Made by a program: the position numbers and the translations under genes. A stretch of 64,000 nt of DNA from an uncultured bacterium. Its GTDB lineage: Bacteria; Patescibacteriota; Saccharimonadia; Saccharimonadales; Saccharimonadaceae. Below the pieces are notes generated by a model. That model worked only from the letters and a program-made list of their open reading frames with translations, had not been told where the DNA came from and ran no database searches. The stretch covers positions 467,771 to 531,770 of the forward strand of contig CAKAEX010000001.1 in NCBI GenBank assembly GCA_916438495.1, in the 5' to 3' direction. Below, piece after piece: positions 50,389 to 62,726 of the stretch. How positions within the stretch are numbered: the first letter of the stretch is position 1; every line of letters starts with the position of its first letter.

Positions 50389-50794
50389 TCATATTTTTAA
50401 GCTTGCAGGCTTAATATACTCAATATAGCTAACACCATTAATTTTTAAACTTGGGTTTTGACCCTTATTAATCATTTCTTCAAGATTTTTAAATGTTTGT
50501 TCCTGATTTTCTGTTCCAATAAAAAGCCGCATTATAACACAGTTAGAGTCTTTCTCATTTCCTGCCTTTTTCGAAATCTCATCCCCTAAGGCTTTTTGCA
50601 TTTTTTTAACATATTCTTCTTTTCTACCTTTAATATTGTTATATTTATTAATAATATCATCCCCGCAAACCGAGCCAACAGGGTTTTTCATTGCAGCAAT
50701 ATCATTTTTATTTTTAATTACTTGCACTACGTTTAGTCCTGCACTCAAAACAGCAATAGCTAAAACTACGCCAAATAATATTTTTATGTTTCAT
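50389..50794 (-). CDS. Hypothetical exported/membrane-anchored protein (frameshifted)
   Basis: GGAGG RBS, hydrophobic N-terminus, Cys pair. Confidence 0.55.
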
Positions 50795-50906
50795 TATCTA
50801 AGTCCCTCCACCTTAAAAAAATATTTCCTAAAACAATTATAAACAAAAAGCGTTTTTAAAAAAATCAAGACTGCATCACAAAAAAACCTGTCTTACAATA
50901 TATTTA

Positions 50907-53523
50907 TTACATATTTAGCCAATCTCTACCGATAGAAACTTCAACCTTTAATTTAACATTTAATTCTGGAGCCACGTTCTCCATTTCTCGCTTTAAAATT
51001 TCTGCCACTTTTTTAGCATTTTCAGCTAGAACTTCCACCAAAATTGAATCATGAATTTGCAAAATTTGTTCACCAAGCCCGGCTTTTACGATTTTTTCAT
51101 CAACAGCCAGCATTGCTCGCTTCATTAAATCTGCCTCGGTGCCTTGAATTGGCATATTCTGTGCAGCTCGCTTTGCCATCTCACGAATCATAAAATTACT
51201 CGATTTTATATCCGGCATTGGTCGCCTTCGCCCAAAAAATGTTTCTACAAAACCTTCATCCTGAGCTTTTTTTAATGTATCATCCATAAGCTCTTGAATT
51301 GGCTTATGCGCATTAAAATACTCTTCGATATATTTTTTCGCCTCATAAAAACCAACTCCAATCGTGCCAGAAAGATTATAAGCTCCAACACCATAAAGAA
51401 CACTAAAATTAATAATTTTCGCAACGCGTCGTTGATCTTTCGAAACTTCATCAATCGGAACGCCAAAAACTTCACTTGCAGTCTTTGCGTGAATATCTAA
51501 ATCTTTTTCAAAAGTCTCAATCAAAGGCTTGTCATTCGCCAAAACTGCCGCCAATCTCAATTCAAACTGCGAATAATCTGCTGAAACTAGTAGATTTCCC
51601 TTTTTCGCCACAAAGCCCTCACGAATACGCCGACCAAGCTCGGAACGAATCGGTATATTTTGCAAATTAGGATTACTTGAAGAAAGCCGCCCCGTTGTTG
51701 TTACATCTTGCGCAAAATTGCTATGAATCCGATTTTTTTCATCTGCAAGCTTTGGCAAAGTATCAACATAGGTACTTTTTAATTTCGAAAACTCACGGAA
51801 TTGCTCAATTTTATCAATAATCGGGCTATGTTCTCGTAATTTATCAAGCTCTTTTTGCCCTGTCGAAAAGCCATTTTTTGATTTTTTAATTCCTTTTGTC
51901 GGTAAACCTAAATCTTCAAAAAGAACTTTCGAAAGCTGAAGCGGACTCGCAACATTAAATTCCCGCCCAGCAATTTCAAAAATTTCCTTCTCAATCTTTG
52001 AAATTTCACCAGCAAATTCCACACTCATCTTAGCAAAAATCTCTGGGCAAATTTCAACACCAGCTTTTTCCATTTTAAATAGAACCAAACTCATTGGGAA
52101 ATCTAATTTTTCAGCAATTTCACGAATTCTTGGTAAATCTTCAAGCTTTTTTTGTTGACACTCAAAGATAATCCGCATCGCTGAAATTCGAACTTTTGAA
52201 TCATCTTCATCTATTTTCTCGCCGTAAATTCCACTCAAACTTTTATCGCGGATTAGAGCATTTAATAAAAATTCCAATTGCTCAATATCATAAATTCCAC
52301 CCCAATCTCCAAAATCAATGCCAGCGTTAAAAAAATTTTTATGAAATGTTTCTTTCGCATTAAAAGAAAACTGTTTTTTTGTATTTCTGAAGAAGTCAGC
52401 AAATTTCGAAAAATTCCATAAAAATTAAATTCTGCAATATTTTCAAAATTCGAAACTAAAATTTTTTTGATTTTTTTGAGTATCAAAATCAAAGAAAACC
52501 AAATCTTGCGGTTTTTTTCGAAAAAAACTTTTTCAGCAGAAATTTCTGGCAAAAATATTAATCTCAGAAGGTTTTTAAAAACTTCTTCAAAAAAAGCCCA
52601 ATTTGGTTTTCATTTTTTTATTTCAAAATCCTCTGAGCCAGTTTTTCATCTCTTTTTGGAATTTTTTTCGAACCAAAGAGTTAAATTCAAGCTTTCGAAG
52701 CATTTTTAAAACTTCTTCATAATTAAAATTATGAATATCAGCGTCTTCAAAGTTGAGCTCAACTGGTGCATCAAGAAAAAAATTTCAGCAATTTTTTTAC
52801 TCATAAACGCCAAATCTTTGCCGTCTTCAAGTTTTTTTCGCCAAGCTGGTTTGATATTTTTCAAGATTTTCATAAATTCCCTCAAGCGTAAAAAAAACTC
52901 TTGCAAAAGTTGCGTAGCGGTTTTTTTGGGCCAATCCCTGGCACACCTGGAATATTGTCGCTAGAATCACCTTGAAGTGCTTTTAAATCTAAAAATTGAG
53001 ATTGTTTTAAGCCATATTTGTTCTCAAAATATTCAAGATCAAATTCTTCGATATCCGAAAATCCGCGCTTCATTGCAAAAACTTTAGTATTTTCATCAAT
53101 CAATTGCAGCATATCAAGATCGGAAGTAATCAAATTTGCTTCAACTCCAAGCTTATTTGCCTGAACCGCTAAAGTCCCCAAAATATCATCAGCCTCATAA
53201 CTATCGATCTCAAAAAGAGGCCAGCCTAAAGTCTTCAAAAAATCCTTTAAAAGCGGAATCTGTTCATAGAAATCATCTGGCACTTTTTTTCGCCCAGCTT
53301 TATATTCAGGATAAATCGCACTTCTTTTTGCGGTTGAAGTTCCTTTTTTATCCCAAGCCACAACCACATAATCTGGTTTTAATTTTCGAATAACCTCAAA
53401 AGCTAAACTGGCAAAACCATAAACACCGCCTGTTGGTGTTCCGTCTTCAAGACTCAAATTACCCATAGCGTAGTATCCCCTATAAAATACGCTTTTTCCG
53501 TCAATAATCACTAACTTTTTCAT
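50907..53523 (-). CDS. polA: DNA polymerase I (frameshifted middle region)
   Basis: 5-prime exonuclease IDGKS...YEADD...GDSSDNIPGVPGIG; polymerase TGRLSSSNPNLQNIP, ADYSQFELR, NMPIQGTEAD, QIHD. Confidence 0.96.
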
Positions 53524-53592
53524 TATATTCCATTATATCACGCTTGAGGATATTTTTCACTTTTTCAAAAACTAAAATAGGGCGATAAAACC

Positions 53593-54534
53593 CTATTTTT
53601 CATTGTGCAAAAATTCTGAGATTTGTATTGCCGCTTGAGCACCGGTTGCTGCAGCCACCACAATCTGTTTTTGTGCATTTTCAATTATATCGCCAGAAGC
53701 ATAAACTCTTGGAATATTTGTTTCAAAATTGTTATTTACAACAATCTCACCATAGTTATTAACTTCAACGCCAGATTTTTTTGCAAAACCAGAATTCGGA
53801 ATCAATCCAATAAATTCAAAAATTGCCGCAGCTTTAATTTCAAAAGTTTTTTCACCTTCTTCAGTTTGCTGTTTTATGCGAGCACCAATAATTTTTTCAC
53901 CAAAATCAGTCTTTTCGAAAAGGAATTCCTCAATTTCAGTTTTCAAAAATAACTCAATTTTACCAGATTTAACTGCTTCAAAAAGTCGCTCTTGCAACAC
54001 CGCTTGCGCTGAAATTTTACCCCGAACTAAAAGCTTAACTTTTGAAAATCGGCTCAAAAACAGAGCTTCGGTTACAGCAGAATTACCGCCGCCAACTGCA
54101 ATCAAATCCTTTCCAGCATAGAATGGTCCATCACAAGTCGCACAGGTATGGACACCTCGCCCGAAAAATTCTTCTTCTCGCAGCAAACCAAGCATTCTAT
54201 ATGAATTTCCTGTTGCAATCAAAACTATTTTCGAATCAAATTTTTCGCCATCGATATCTAATCGTACGAAACTGCCAAGATTTTCAAAACTTAAGACTTC
54301 ACCATAATCAAATTCTGCACCAAATTTTTCAGCCTGAATTCGCATCTTTTTTGAAAGTTCAAGCCCAGAAATTCCTTCATCAAAACCTGGATAGTTTTCA
54401 ATTAAATCTGAAGTTGTTGCAATTCCACCAAAAGCAGCTTTTTCAAAAACTCGCACGCTCAGGCCATCTCGTGCAGCATAAATTGCCGCACTCAACGCAG
54501 ACGGGCCTGAACCAACAATAACCAAATCAATCAT
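53593..54534 (-). CDS. trxB: Thioredoxin reductase
   Basis: GSGPSA, IENYPG, CATCDG, GGGNSA, ASGD. Confidence 0.93.
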   Translation of the reverse strand: MIDLVIVGSGPSALSAAIYAARDGLSVRVFEKAAFGGIATTSDLIENYPGFDEGISGLELSKKMRIQAEKFGAEFDYGEVLSFENLGSFVRLDIDGEKFDSKIVLIATGNSYRMLGLLREEEFFGRGVHTCATCDGPFYAGKDLIAVGGGNSAVTEALFLSRFSKVKLLVRGKISAQAVLQERLFEAVKSGKIELFLKTEIEEFLFEKTDFGEKIIGARIKQQTEEGEKTFEIKAAAIFEFIGLIPNSGFAKKSGVEVNNYGEIVVNNNFETNIPRVYASGDIIENAQKQIVVAAATGAQAAIQISEFLHNEK

Positions 54535-54535
54535 T

Positions 54536-55218
54536 TTAGTTTTCCTCAAGACTTGGTTGTGGAATTTCTTGAAATTCAGGAATTAACATTACAATAAATT
54601 TCAAAGGTGTATTTGGACCAATAGTTTTTGAAGAATCTTCCTGATTAACCGAGCCCTGAGCACCATAAGCCTTATCCGCAGGAATAGATAATTCACGAAT
54701 TCCGCCAACTTTCATTCCTTTTAGACCTTCACTCCAGCCTTCAATTAAGCCCCATTTTTTACCCTCTTTGCGAAAGACTACTGGCGATTTTAATCTACCA
54801 TTTTCAAAGCTTCCGTCAAAAACTGTACCATCGGGTTTCCATCCAATATAATAAGCCTGGAATTTCGTTGTTGAATCTGTAAATTCTTCACCATCACCCT
54901 CTTTTAAATCTTTTTTCGTAAGCTCTTTTATACTTGCAGCATTAAATGCAACTGGGGCTTTTTCATATTCCTTAAAACTGTCGTAATATTTAGCCGAAAG
55001 TTCTTTCGCCTGCTCTTCAACTTTTTTTCTGTAATCTTGGTATTTTTTCAAAACTTGCGATTGCTTTTTTTGTGCTTCTGAATTGCTCTCAGTTTGCAAG
55101 AATGAAGAAACATAAAGCGCCACAGTTGAAACAACCGTTAAAATTAAAATCACCCAAATTGAATATCTCTGCCAAGCTGGCGTACCAGTTTGTAATGAAT
55201 TTTTTTCTTTGTTGTCAT
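54536..55218 (-). CDS. Membrane-anchored FKBP-type peptidyl-prolyl isomerase
   Basis: YIGW...VFDGS, LIEGWSEGLKGMKVGGIREL, AYG; N-terminal TM. Confidence 0.88.
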
Positions 55219-55232
55219 CTTTTTCTCCTAAA

Positions 55233-57733
55233 TTATCTTTCCGCCATTTTTTATAGCTTTTTCTTCAATTTTTTGCATAATTTCTCTAATCTCTTCACCG
55301 TTTAAAGTTTTTTCGAAAGGCGTAATCTTAAATCGAATTGAAATATTTTTTGAGCCATCACAATCGTTAAAAATATCAATCGGTAAAGTTTCAATATTAA
55401 TTTTGCTAAATTCATCAGAAATATTCTCAAAAATACTAAAAAAATTTCAGCAAATTTACGATTTTTCTTCAACATTAATCGAAATATCACGCTCAACAGA
55501 CTGGAACTTCGAAAAATCCCTAATTTTCACATTCGAATTTTCAATATTTTCAAGTAAAATTTGCAAATCAAGCTCAAATCCAGCAGTTGATTCTGGCAGT
55601 TTTAGTGCTTTTTTTGAACTGGTTTTCTAAACTCACCAATCACACCTAAAATCGTTACTTTGCCATTTTTAGAAATTCGCATTAAAGCCGAACGTTTTGG
55701 TTCAAATTCAGTCGAAAGTGGTGATTTTTCAGTTTCAAATTTCACAAATTCTACATTTAGACCAAGCTTTTTAAATAGAAATTCTGCATAATTCTTCGCT
55801 TCATAAAATGCATTTTCGCCCTTATTTTTTGCATAAACGAACGCCAATTTCTTCTGTTCAACTGGCACATTTTCATCATTCAAGCCAAGTGATTTTTCAG
55901 TAATTTTATTCATTTCGAAAATTGCAAATTCACCAAAACCTGCACGAATATTCTGACTAATTTTTAGAAAGCAAACTTGGCATTAAAGTTTGGCGATAAT
56001 ATTGTAAATCTGGTGATATTGAATTGATAATCTTGTAAGAGTTTTGTGGATCTTGGCCAACCTTTTTCAAGCAAATCACCATGAATAAAACTATAAGTCA
56101 AAACTTCATTTGCACCGCTTGCCGCTAAAATATCACGAATTTCAGATTGGAGCAAGTCGATTTTTGCTTTCTTTACCGCTTTAAAAGTTCGACTTGGCAG
56201 TTGTAATTTAATGTTATCGTAACCATTCAATCGCCCAACTTCTTCAATTAAGTCCTCTTCAATATGTAGATCATTTCGCCAAAATGGAATCATAAAAATT
56301 ACAGGATTTTCATTTTTTGCTAAAATTCCAACATTTTCTAGAGTTTGCTGAATTTCTTCATTTGAAAAATCTGTTCCTAAAACTTGGTTGATTTTATTTT
56401 TCGAAACTGAAATTTCAGTTTTATTATAATAAAAATCACCGTTTGAATCTACGGGCTCACTCAAAGGTTTTCCGCCAAGCTCCAAAATTCGCACACCAAA
56501 CAAATCAAGAACTTTTCGCGATATCATTTCTGGAACACCTTTTGTGAAGCGCGTAATTGCCTCCGAGAAAATTCCATGACGCATTTGTGTATTTCGTAAA
56601 TTATAAAGATTAAATGTAGCACTTTTCTACTAAAATTCGTGTTGTATTTTCATCAATTACGGTAGAAGCTCCACCCGTTGCGCCAGCAAGTGCCACGGCT
56701 GTTTCAGCATTTTCACCAATTGCAATCACAATATCTTGGTTGCTCATTTTGATTTTTTTGCCGCCTAAAAGCTCTAATTCTTCATTTTCGAAAGCTTTTC
56801 GAACGGTAATTTTGATGTTTTCACTACCGTTGATTTTTACTAATTTATCAAAATCAAAGGTGTGGAGCGGTTGCCCAGTTTCAAGCATAAGCTCATTAGC
56901 TAAATCAGTTATAGAATCAATCGGCCGCATTCCAGAACGCAAAAGATAAGTTTTTACAATTGTTAAGTTTGGATTTTTTAAAATTTCAGAAATATCAAAA
57001 ACTGCCGCCGTGTAACGTTCGCAAATTTCAGGATCTAGAATTTCAACTTCAACCGTTTTTATCACTTTGAGTTTTTAAAACTCAAGCCTCTTATAAAATC
57101 TGGCTCAACAAATTTTTGCCCCAATATTCCTGCAACTTCACGAGCAAATCCAACAATCCCAAAACAATCTGGGCGATGAGTCAAGCTTTTATTTTCAACT
57201 TCAAGCAGAAAATCATTTAATTCAAATTTATCCGCAAAAGAATCACCCTCCTGAACGCCGTTTTCGAAAACCTCTGGTGAAATTTCAAGAATACCATCAT
57301 GTTCTTCGCCTAGACCAAGCTCGCGAAGGCTTGCAATCATTCCGTTACTCATATGACCCATTAGTTTTCGTGCGCCAAGCTTAAAGTTATCACCGCCAAA
57401 AGTTTCTGGCACGATTGACTCCGGTGGAAGCCAAGCTACAAAAATACCAGCTCGCACATTTGGCGCACCACAAACCACCTGAATAAGCCCGTCTTCATCG
57501 CGAGTAATATTTTTTCTTACACCACCATCATCAATCTTGCATAGGTTTAAATGATCTGAATTTTCAATTTTCTGCGCAGAAACAACCTTAGCAATAATCA
57601 CATCTTTATACTTTTCGCCCAAATTTTCAATACTTTCAATTTCAACCAGCCTTGCACCAATCAATTTCGAAAGCTCACCAATATCTGGTAAATCTGGAAC
57701 AAATTTTTTAAGCCAATTTACTGAAATTATCAT
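55233..57733 (-). CDS. pheT: Phenylalanyl-tRNA synthetase beta subunit (multiple frameshifts)
   Basis: MIISVNWLK, VCGAPNV, THRPDC, GQPLHTFD, DLIEEVGRLNGY. Confidence 0.94.
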
Positions 57734-57746
57734 TTATCACTCCTTC

Positions 57747-57970
57747 TTAATCCAAAAATATTTCTAATCGTATCAGCAATGGGTTTTTCGAAAATCTTAC
57801 AATAAAAACGTTGCCTTCCCCTACTAAAATCCTCACAATGAGTATCTTCTTCTGTAAAGGCTGAAACTCCGGCGAAAAATACAATAGCCACGGCAAAAAA
57901 TATCAAAAGCAGTCTTCAATCCTGTTAAGGATCGCTTATTATCTATTTCTTTCCATTCTTGCTCGGTCAT
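57747..57970 (-). CDS. Small hypothetical membrane protein between pheS and pheT (indels)
   Basis: ATG at 57970 directly after the pheS stop; MTEQEWKEIDNKR...AVAIVFFAGVSAF...; not in ORF track. Confidence 0.5.
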
Positions 57971-58992
<1,022 letters not shown>

Positions 58993-59043
58993 AATTATCT
59001 TTAATTATACCATAACAGTATCTTTTTGTCGATTTTTAAAAAA

Positions 59044-59310
59044 TTAAACTCGCTGTGATGCCACCCAAATATAAAGCCCAAGTGCCACCAAAACTGCCAC
59101 AAAAACTAAAAGCCATATAAAAGCTAGCCCTGTGGTTTCTTTTGTCCCTTCAAGATATGCACTATCTTCAGGCTGAACAATTTTGCCTTTACTATTTGGA
59201 GTTTCGCCCCCCTCTTTGAGTGAGTTTTTAATCTGCTTTTCACGAAGCTCTGCTGCAATCTTTTCTTGCAATTCAGTTCGATTATCGTCTTGTTTTACAT
59301 ATAAAGCCAT
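59044..59310 (-). CDS. Small hypothetical protein with C-terminal TM
   Basis: 88 aa, RTELQEKIAAELREK, terminal hydrophobic helix. Confidence 0.7.
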   Translation of the reverse strand: MALYVKQDDNRTELQEKIAAELREKQIKNSLKEGGETPNSKGKIVQPEDSAYLEGTKETTGLAFIWLLVFVAVLVALGLYIWVASQRV

Positions 59311-59388
59311 AACTATATTGTATCAGATTTTGACATTTTCGAAAAGTTTATGATAAAATATAAACATAAGTTAAAATAAGGAGGAAAA

Positions 59389-60225
59389 ATGGCAACAAAA
59401 AAAGCCAATTTAAAGAAATCTTCAAAAACTGCTCACAAAAAGGTAACTGAAGAAGTTTTGAAAGTTGAAAAAACGGTTAAAGCTATCGTTAAGAATGATA
59501 AAAAAACTGACACTATCTTTCTTGAGGAAATTTCAAAACCAAGTTTTATCTCAGCAGTAGTGCTTGAATTTATTGGAACATTTCTACTCGCGGCTGGCAT
59601 TATTATTAGTCAAGGTCAACCAATCGGTGTAATGTTTATTCTTATGTCAATTGTTTTGATTGCTGGAGGAATTAGTGGAGCTCATGTTAACCCATTAATT
59701 ACAATCGGCGCTTGGGCAACTCGCAGGGTTAACACAATTAAAGCTATCTTTTATATCGTAGCTCAAGTTTTAGGTGCGATGGTTGCTTTTATGCTTTTGA
59801 ATGCCTTTGTCGGCACACAAGATACTCTACAATCATATGGTCAAAAACCGACTCTATTCACTGCAAACCCTATTCCAAAAGATAAGGAAATGCTAACACT
59901 TGCTGCTGAATTTATTGGCTCATTTATTTTTGCATTCTCTGTCGCAGCCATAACTTCAAATAAAAAGAATGGAAATATGGCAAAAGCACTTGGAGTTAGC
60001 GGTGGCTTATACTTGGCGGTTTTAATTGCAGGATCTCTCGCAACACTAATCGGATCTTCAGCAATAATTAACCCAGCAGTAGCGTTTGCACTTCAAGCCT
60101 TCACTATAAAAAATCAAAACGTTCCTTATGCAATTGCAATCTATATCGGTGCAGCATTAATTGGTGGAATCCTCGGCTTTGCGCTAAATCACCTAATCCA
60201 AAAGTCAACTGAAGAAGAAAAATAA
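59389..60225 (+). CDS. MIP/aquaporin family channel
   Basis: EFIGTF, ISGAHVNPL, EFIGSF, INPAV; GAGG RBS. Confidence 0.9.
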   Translation: MATKKANLKKSSKTAHKKVTEEVLKVEKTVKAIVKNDKKTDTIFLEEISKPSFISAVVLEFIGTFLLAAGIIISQGQPIGVMFILMSIVLIAGGISGAHVNPLITIGAWATRRVNTIKAIFYIVAQVLGAMVAFMLLNAFVGTQDTLQSYGQKPTLFTANPIPKDKEMLTLAAEFIGSFIFAFSVAAITSNKKNGNMAKALGVSGGLYLAVLIAGSLATLIGSSAIINPAVAFALQAFTIKNQNVPYAIAIYIGAALIGGILGFALNHLIQKSTEEEK

Positions 60226-60277
60226 TTACCAACAATAAAAAGAGCATCTTTCGAAAGTTGCTCTTTTAAATTTAGTC

Positions 60278-61378
60278 TTATTCGCGAGGTTTATCAAGTA
60301 TTTGTGGCTCAACTCCAGTTTTATTATCTTCGCCCGAAATTTTCACCACATCTTTATCAATTTTACCAAGCTCCTTATGAGCATTATTAAAATGATTAAC
60401 AGTTGTACCAAGTGATTTTCCAAGACGCTGCATTAGATCTTCGTATTTCGAAATATGCACACCTAGCTGGCCGACTCGCTTTTGAATCTCTCTGCTCTGC
60501 TCTTCAATTTTTAATGATTTCAAACCCTGCAAAACAGTTTGAAGATACGCCATAAAACTAGTTGGGCTAACCACAATTACCCGCTTATCACGAAACGCAT
60601 ATTCGATCAAATCTCGTTCTGAACCCTGTGATCCAACAACTCCAGTTAGAGCATCATAATACAAACTCTCACTAGGAATAAACATAAAAGCAAAATCCAT
60701 GGTGTTTTCATTCGGGCGAATATATTTCGAAGTTTCATCAATCCGCATTTTTAAATCGTCACGAACTCTTTTTGCTAAAATCTTTCGCTCTTCACCTTCA
60801 GATTCAACCATCCGATTATAATTTTCGAGGCTAAATTTTGAATCTACTGGCAAAATCTTATTTTTATCAAGAAAAATAGCTGCATCGACAATTTCGCCAT
60901 TTTTAAATTTATATTGAATCTCAAAAGCATTCGGTGGCAAAACGTTTTCAAGAACTTGCTCAAGATAAAACTCGCCTAGAACGCCACGTTGTTTTGGATT
61001 TTGTAAGGCATTTTGAAGTGTTTTTAGCTCGTCCGCAACATTCACAACGCGGTTATTTGTTTCATCGAGCTTTGTAAGCCTTTTCGAAACCTCTTCAACA
61101 ATTTTCGAACTCTCAGAAATCTGTTTGGCCATTGAATTTTGAATTTGAAAATTATTTCTCTCAAGCTTTTCTGAAACTTTCTCATTAAAATTGGTTAGGT
61201 TAGTATCGATATTCTCACGCATTCTGTTTAAACTTTTGTTCAGCTCAATTACATCCATTTTTAGCAAATTTACACTTTGGTCTTCATTTTTCGAAGCTAC
61301 AATTTTCGAAATTCGAAAAGATTGAAGAATTAAAACCGATGTTAGAATTACAATAATAATTATTAGTCCAATTTCCAT
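60278..61378 (-). CDS. rmuC: DNA recombination protein RmuC
   Basis: N-terminal TM, coiled coil, PKQRGVLGE, VDSKF, DFAFMFIPSE, VSPTSF. Confidence 0.9.
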   Translation of the reverse strand: MEIGLIIIIVILTSVLILQSFRISKIVASKNEDQSVNLLKMDVIELNKSLNRMRENIDTNLTNFNEKVSEKLERNNFQIQNSMAKQISESSKIVEEVSKRLTKLDETNNRVVNVADELKTLQNALQNPKQRGVLGEFYLEQVLENVLPPNAFEIQYKFKNGEIVDAAIFLDKNKILPVDSKFSLENYNRMVESEGEERKILAKRVRDDLKMRIDETSKYIRPNENTMDFAFMFIPSESLYYDALTGVVGSQGSERDLIEYAFRDKRVIVVSPTSFMAYLQTVLQGLKSLKIEEQSREIQKRVGQLGVHISKYEDLMQRLGKSLGTTVNHFNNAHKELGKIDKDVVKISGEDNKTGVEPQILDKPRE

Positions 61379-61504
61379 TTATTCCCTCCTTTTTAAAATA
61401 TAAAATACCTAATAAAAAAATGCGCGAACGATAAATAACCATACTAAATTATAGCATGTTTCAATAAAAATAAAAGGCGCATTTAACGCCTTTTTAAGTT
61501 TGAG

Positions 61505-61970
61505 TTAGCGAATCGCCACAAGAGTCATATTCATACTTCGAGAATTTGCCGTCCAGCTGATAATTTCGTTCACTGTTCGGCCAAGCACGCTTTTTACCTA
61601 GAGGGCTCTCGGCGGAAATCTTACCAATAAGCGGATTTGCTTCTAAGCTTTCAACAATTCGAAATTTCATAATTCGCCCAGTTGCACGATCGAAAAGCTC
61701 CACAAATGAACCGATAGAAACCTTTGAACTAATTTTCTTGCTCCTAGGTAGAATTTTTGAATTATGAATTTGAAAATTCTTTTCATTAATTTCACTTCGA
61801 ATTGCATCAATTCGTGCGAAAATATCATTTTGCCTTAATAGATCCTCTTTAATGTCACCGTCACGAAGCTCCATCTCGAGCATTTTTTGCTCATGCTCAA
61901 GCTTTGCAATTTTCTTTTTTAATTCTTTAAATCCTTGTTTGCTCAAATAAATTTTAGTGGTATTTTTCAT
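61505..61970 (-). CDS. GreA/GreB family transcription elongation factor
   Basis: YLSKQGFKELK, IV...EANP...KISAESPLG; C-terminal indel. Confidence 0.8.
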
Positions 61971-62074
61971 AATTCCTCCTTTTGTAGCAATGCTACGTTA
62001 TTATTATAACGAACCATTCTTAAAAAAACGCTTAAATTTATTATTTTTGTATTTTTATGATATAATCTAATTAT

Positions 62075-62685
62075 ATGAATAAACAAATTCTAAAAACTCA
62101 AAAAAACCAAAAAAAGAGCGATTCTGTAAAAAAATTATTGCATTAGTAGGATTGGCCGGAAGTGGCAAAAAGTACCGCTACAAATTACCTAAAACGAAAA
62201 AGGCTATCCGAGCGTTTATTTTGGTGGAGTTGTGATGAAGGCACTAAAAGATGAAAATCTTGAAATTACACCAGCAAATGAAAAAATGATGCGCACAAAA
62301 CTACGTGAAGATTTTGGCAAAGATATAATTGTAAATAAAATTGTTGAGCAAATTCAAAAATCTCATTAAATCTGGCCAAAAACGTATTATTGCTGATGGT
62401 CTTTATACTTGGACTGAATATAAAATTCTCAAAAAAACACTTTCCAACTGAACTAAAAAGTTATAGCATTAGTTCCACCAAAAAATCTTCGTCATAAGCG
62501 AATTTCCTCTCGCCCTGAGCGAGCAATGACTTTAGCCGAAATTAATGACCGTGATTTTAATGAAATTGAAGTTCTTGAAAAAGGTGGCCCAATCGCGATT
62601 GCTGATTATTTCATCGTAAATAAAAGCTCAAATCTTCGAACTCGCCTTAAAATCGATAAAATTCTTAAAGAAATTAACTTTTTAA
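62075..62685 (+). CDS. P-loop nucleoside/dephospho-CoA kinase-like protein (frameshifted)
   Basis: IIALVGLAGSGKST, IIADGLYTWTEY, EKGGPIAIADY fragments. Confidence 0.65.
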
Positions 62686-62726
62686 AAAAACTCGAGATTT
62701 ATTTGCTCGAGTTTTATTATTCTAAT

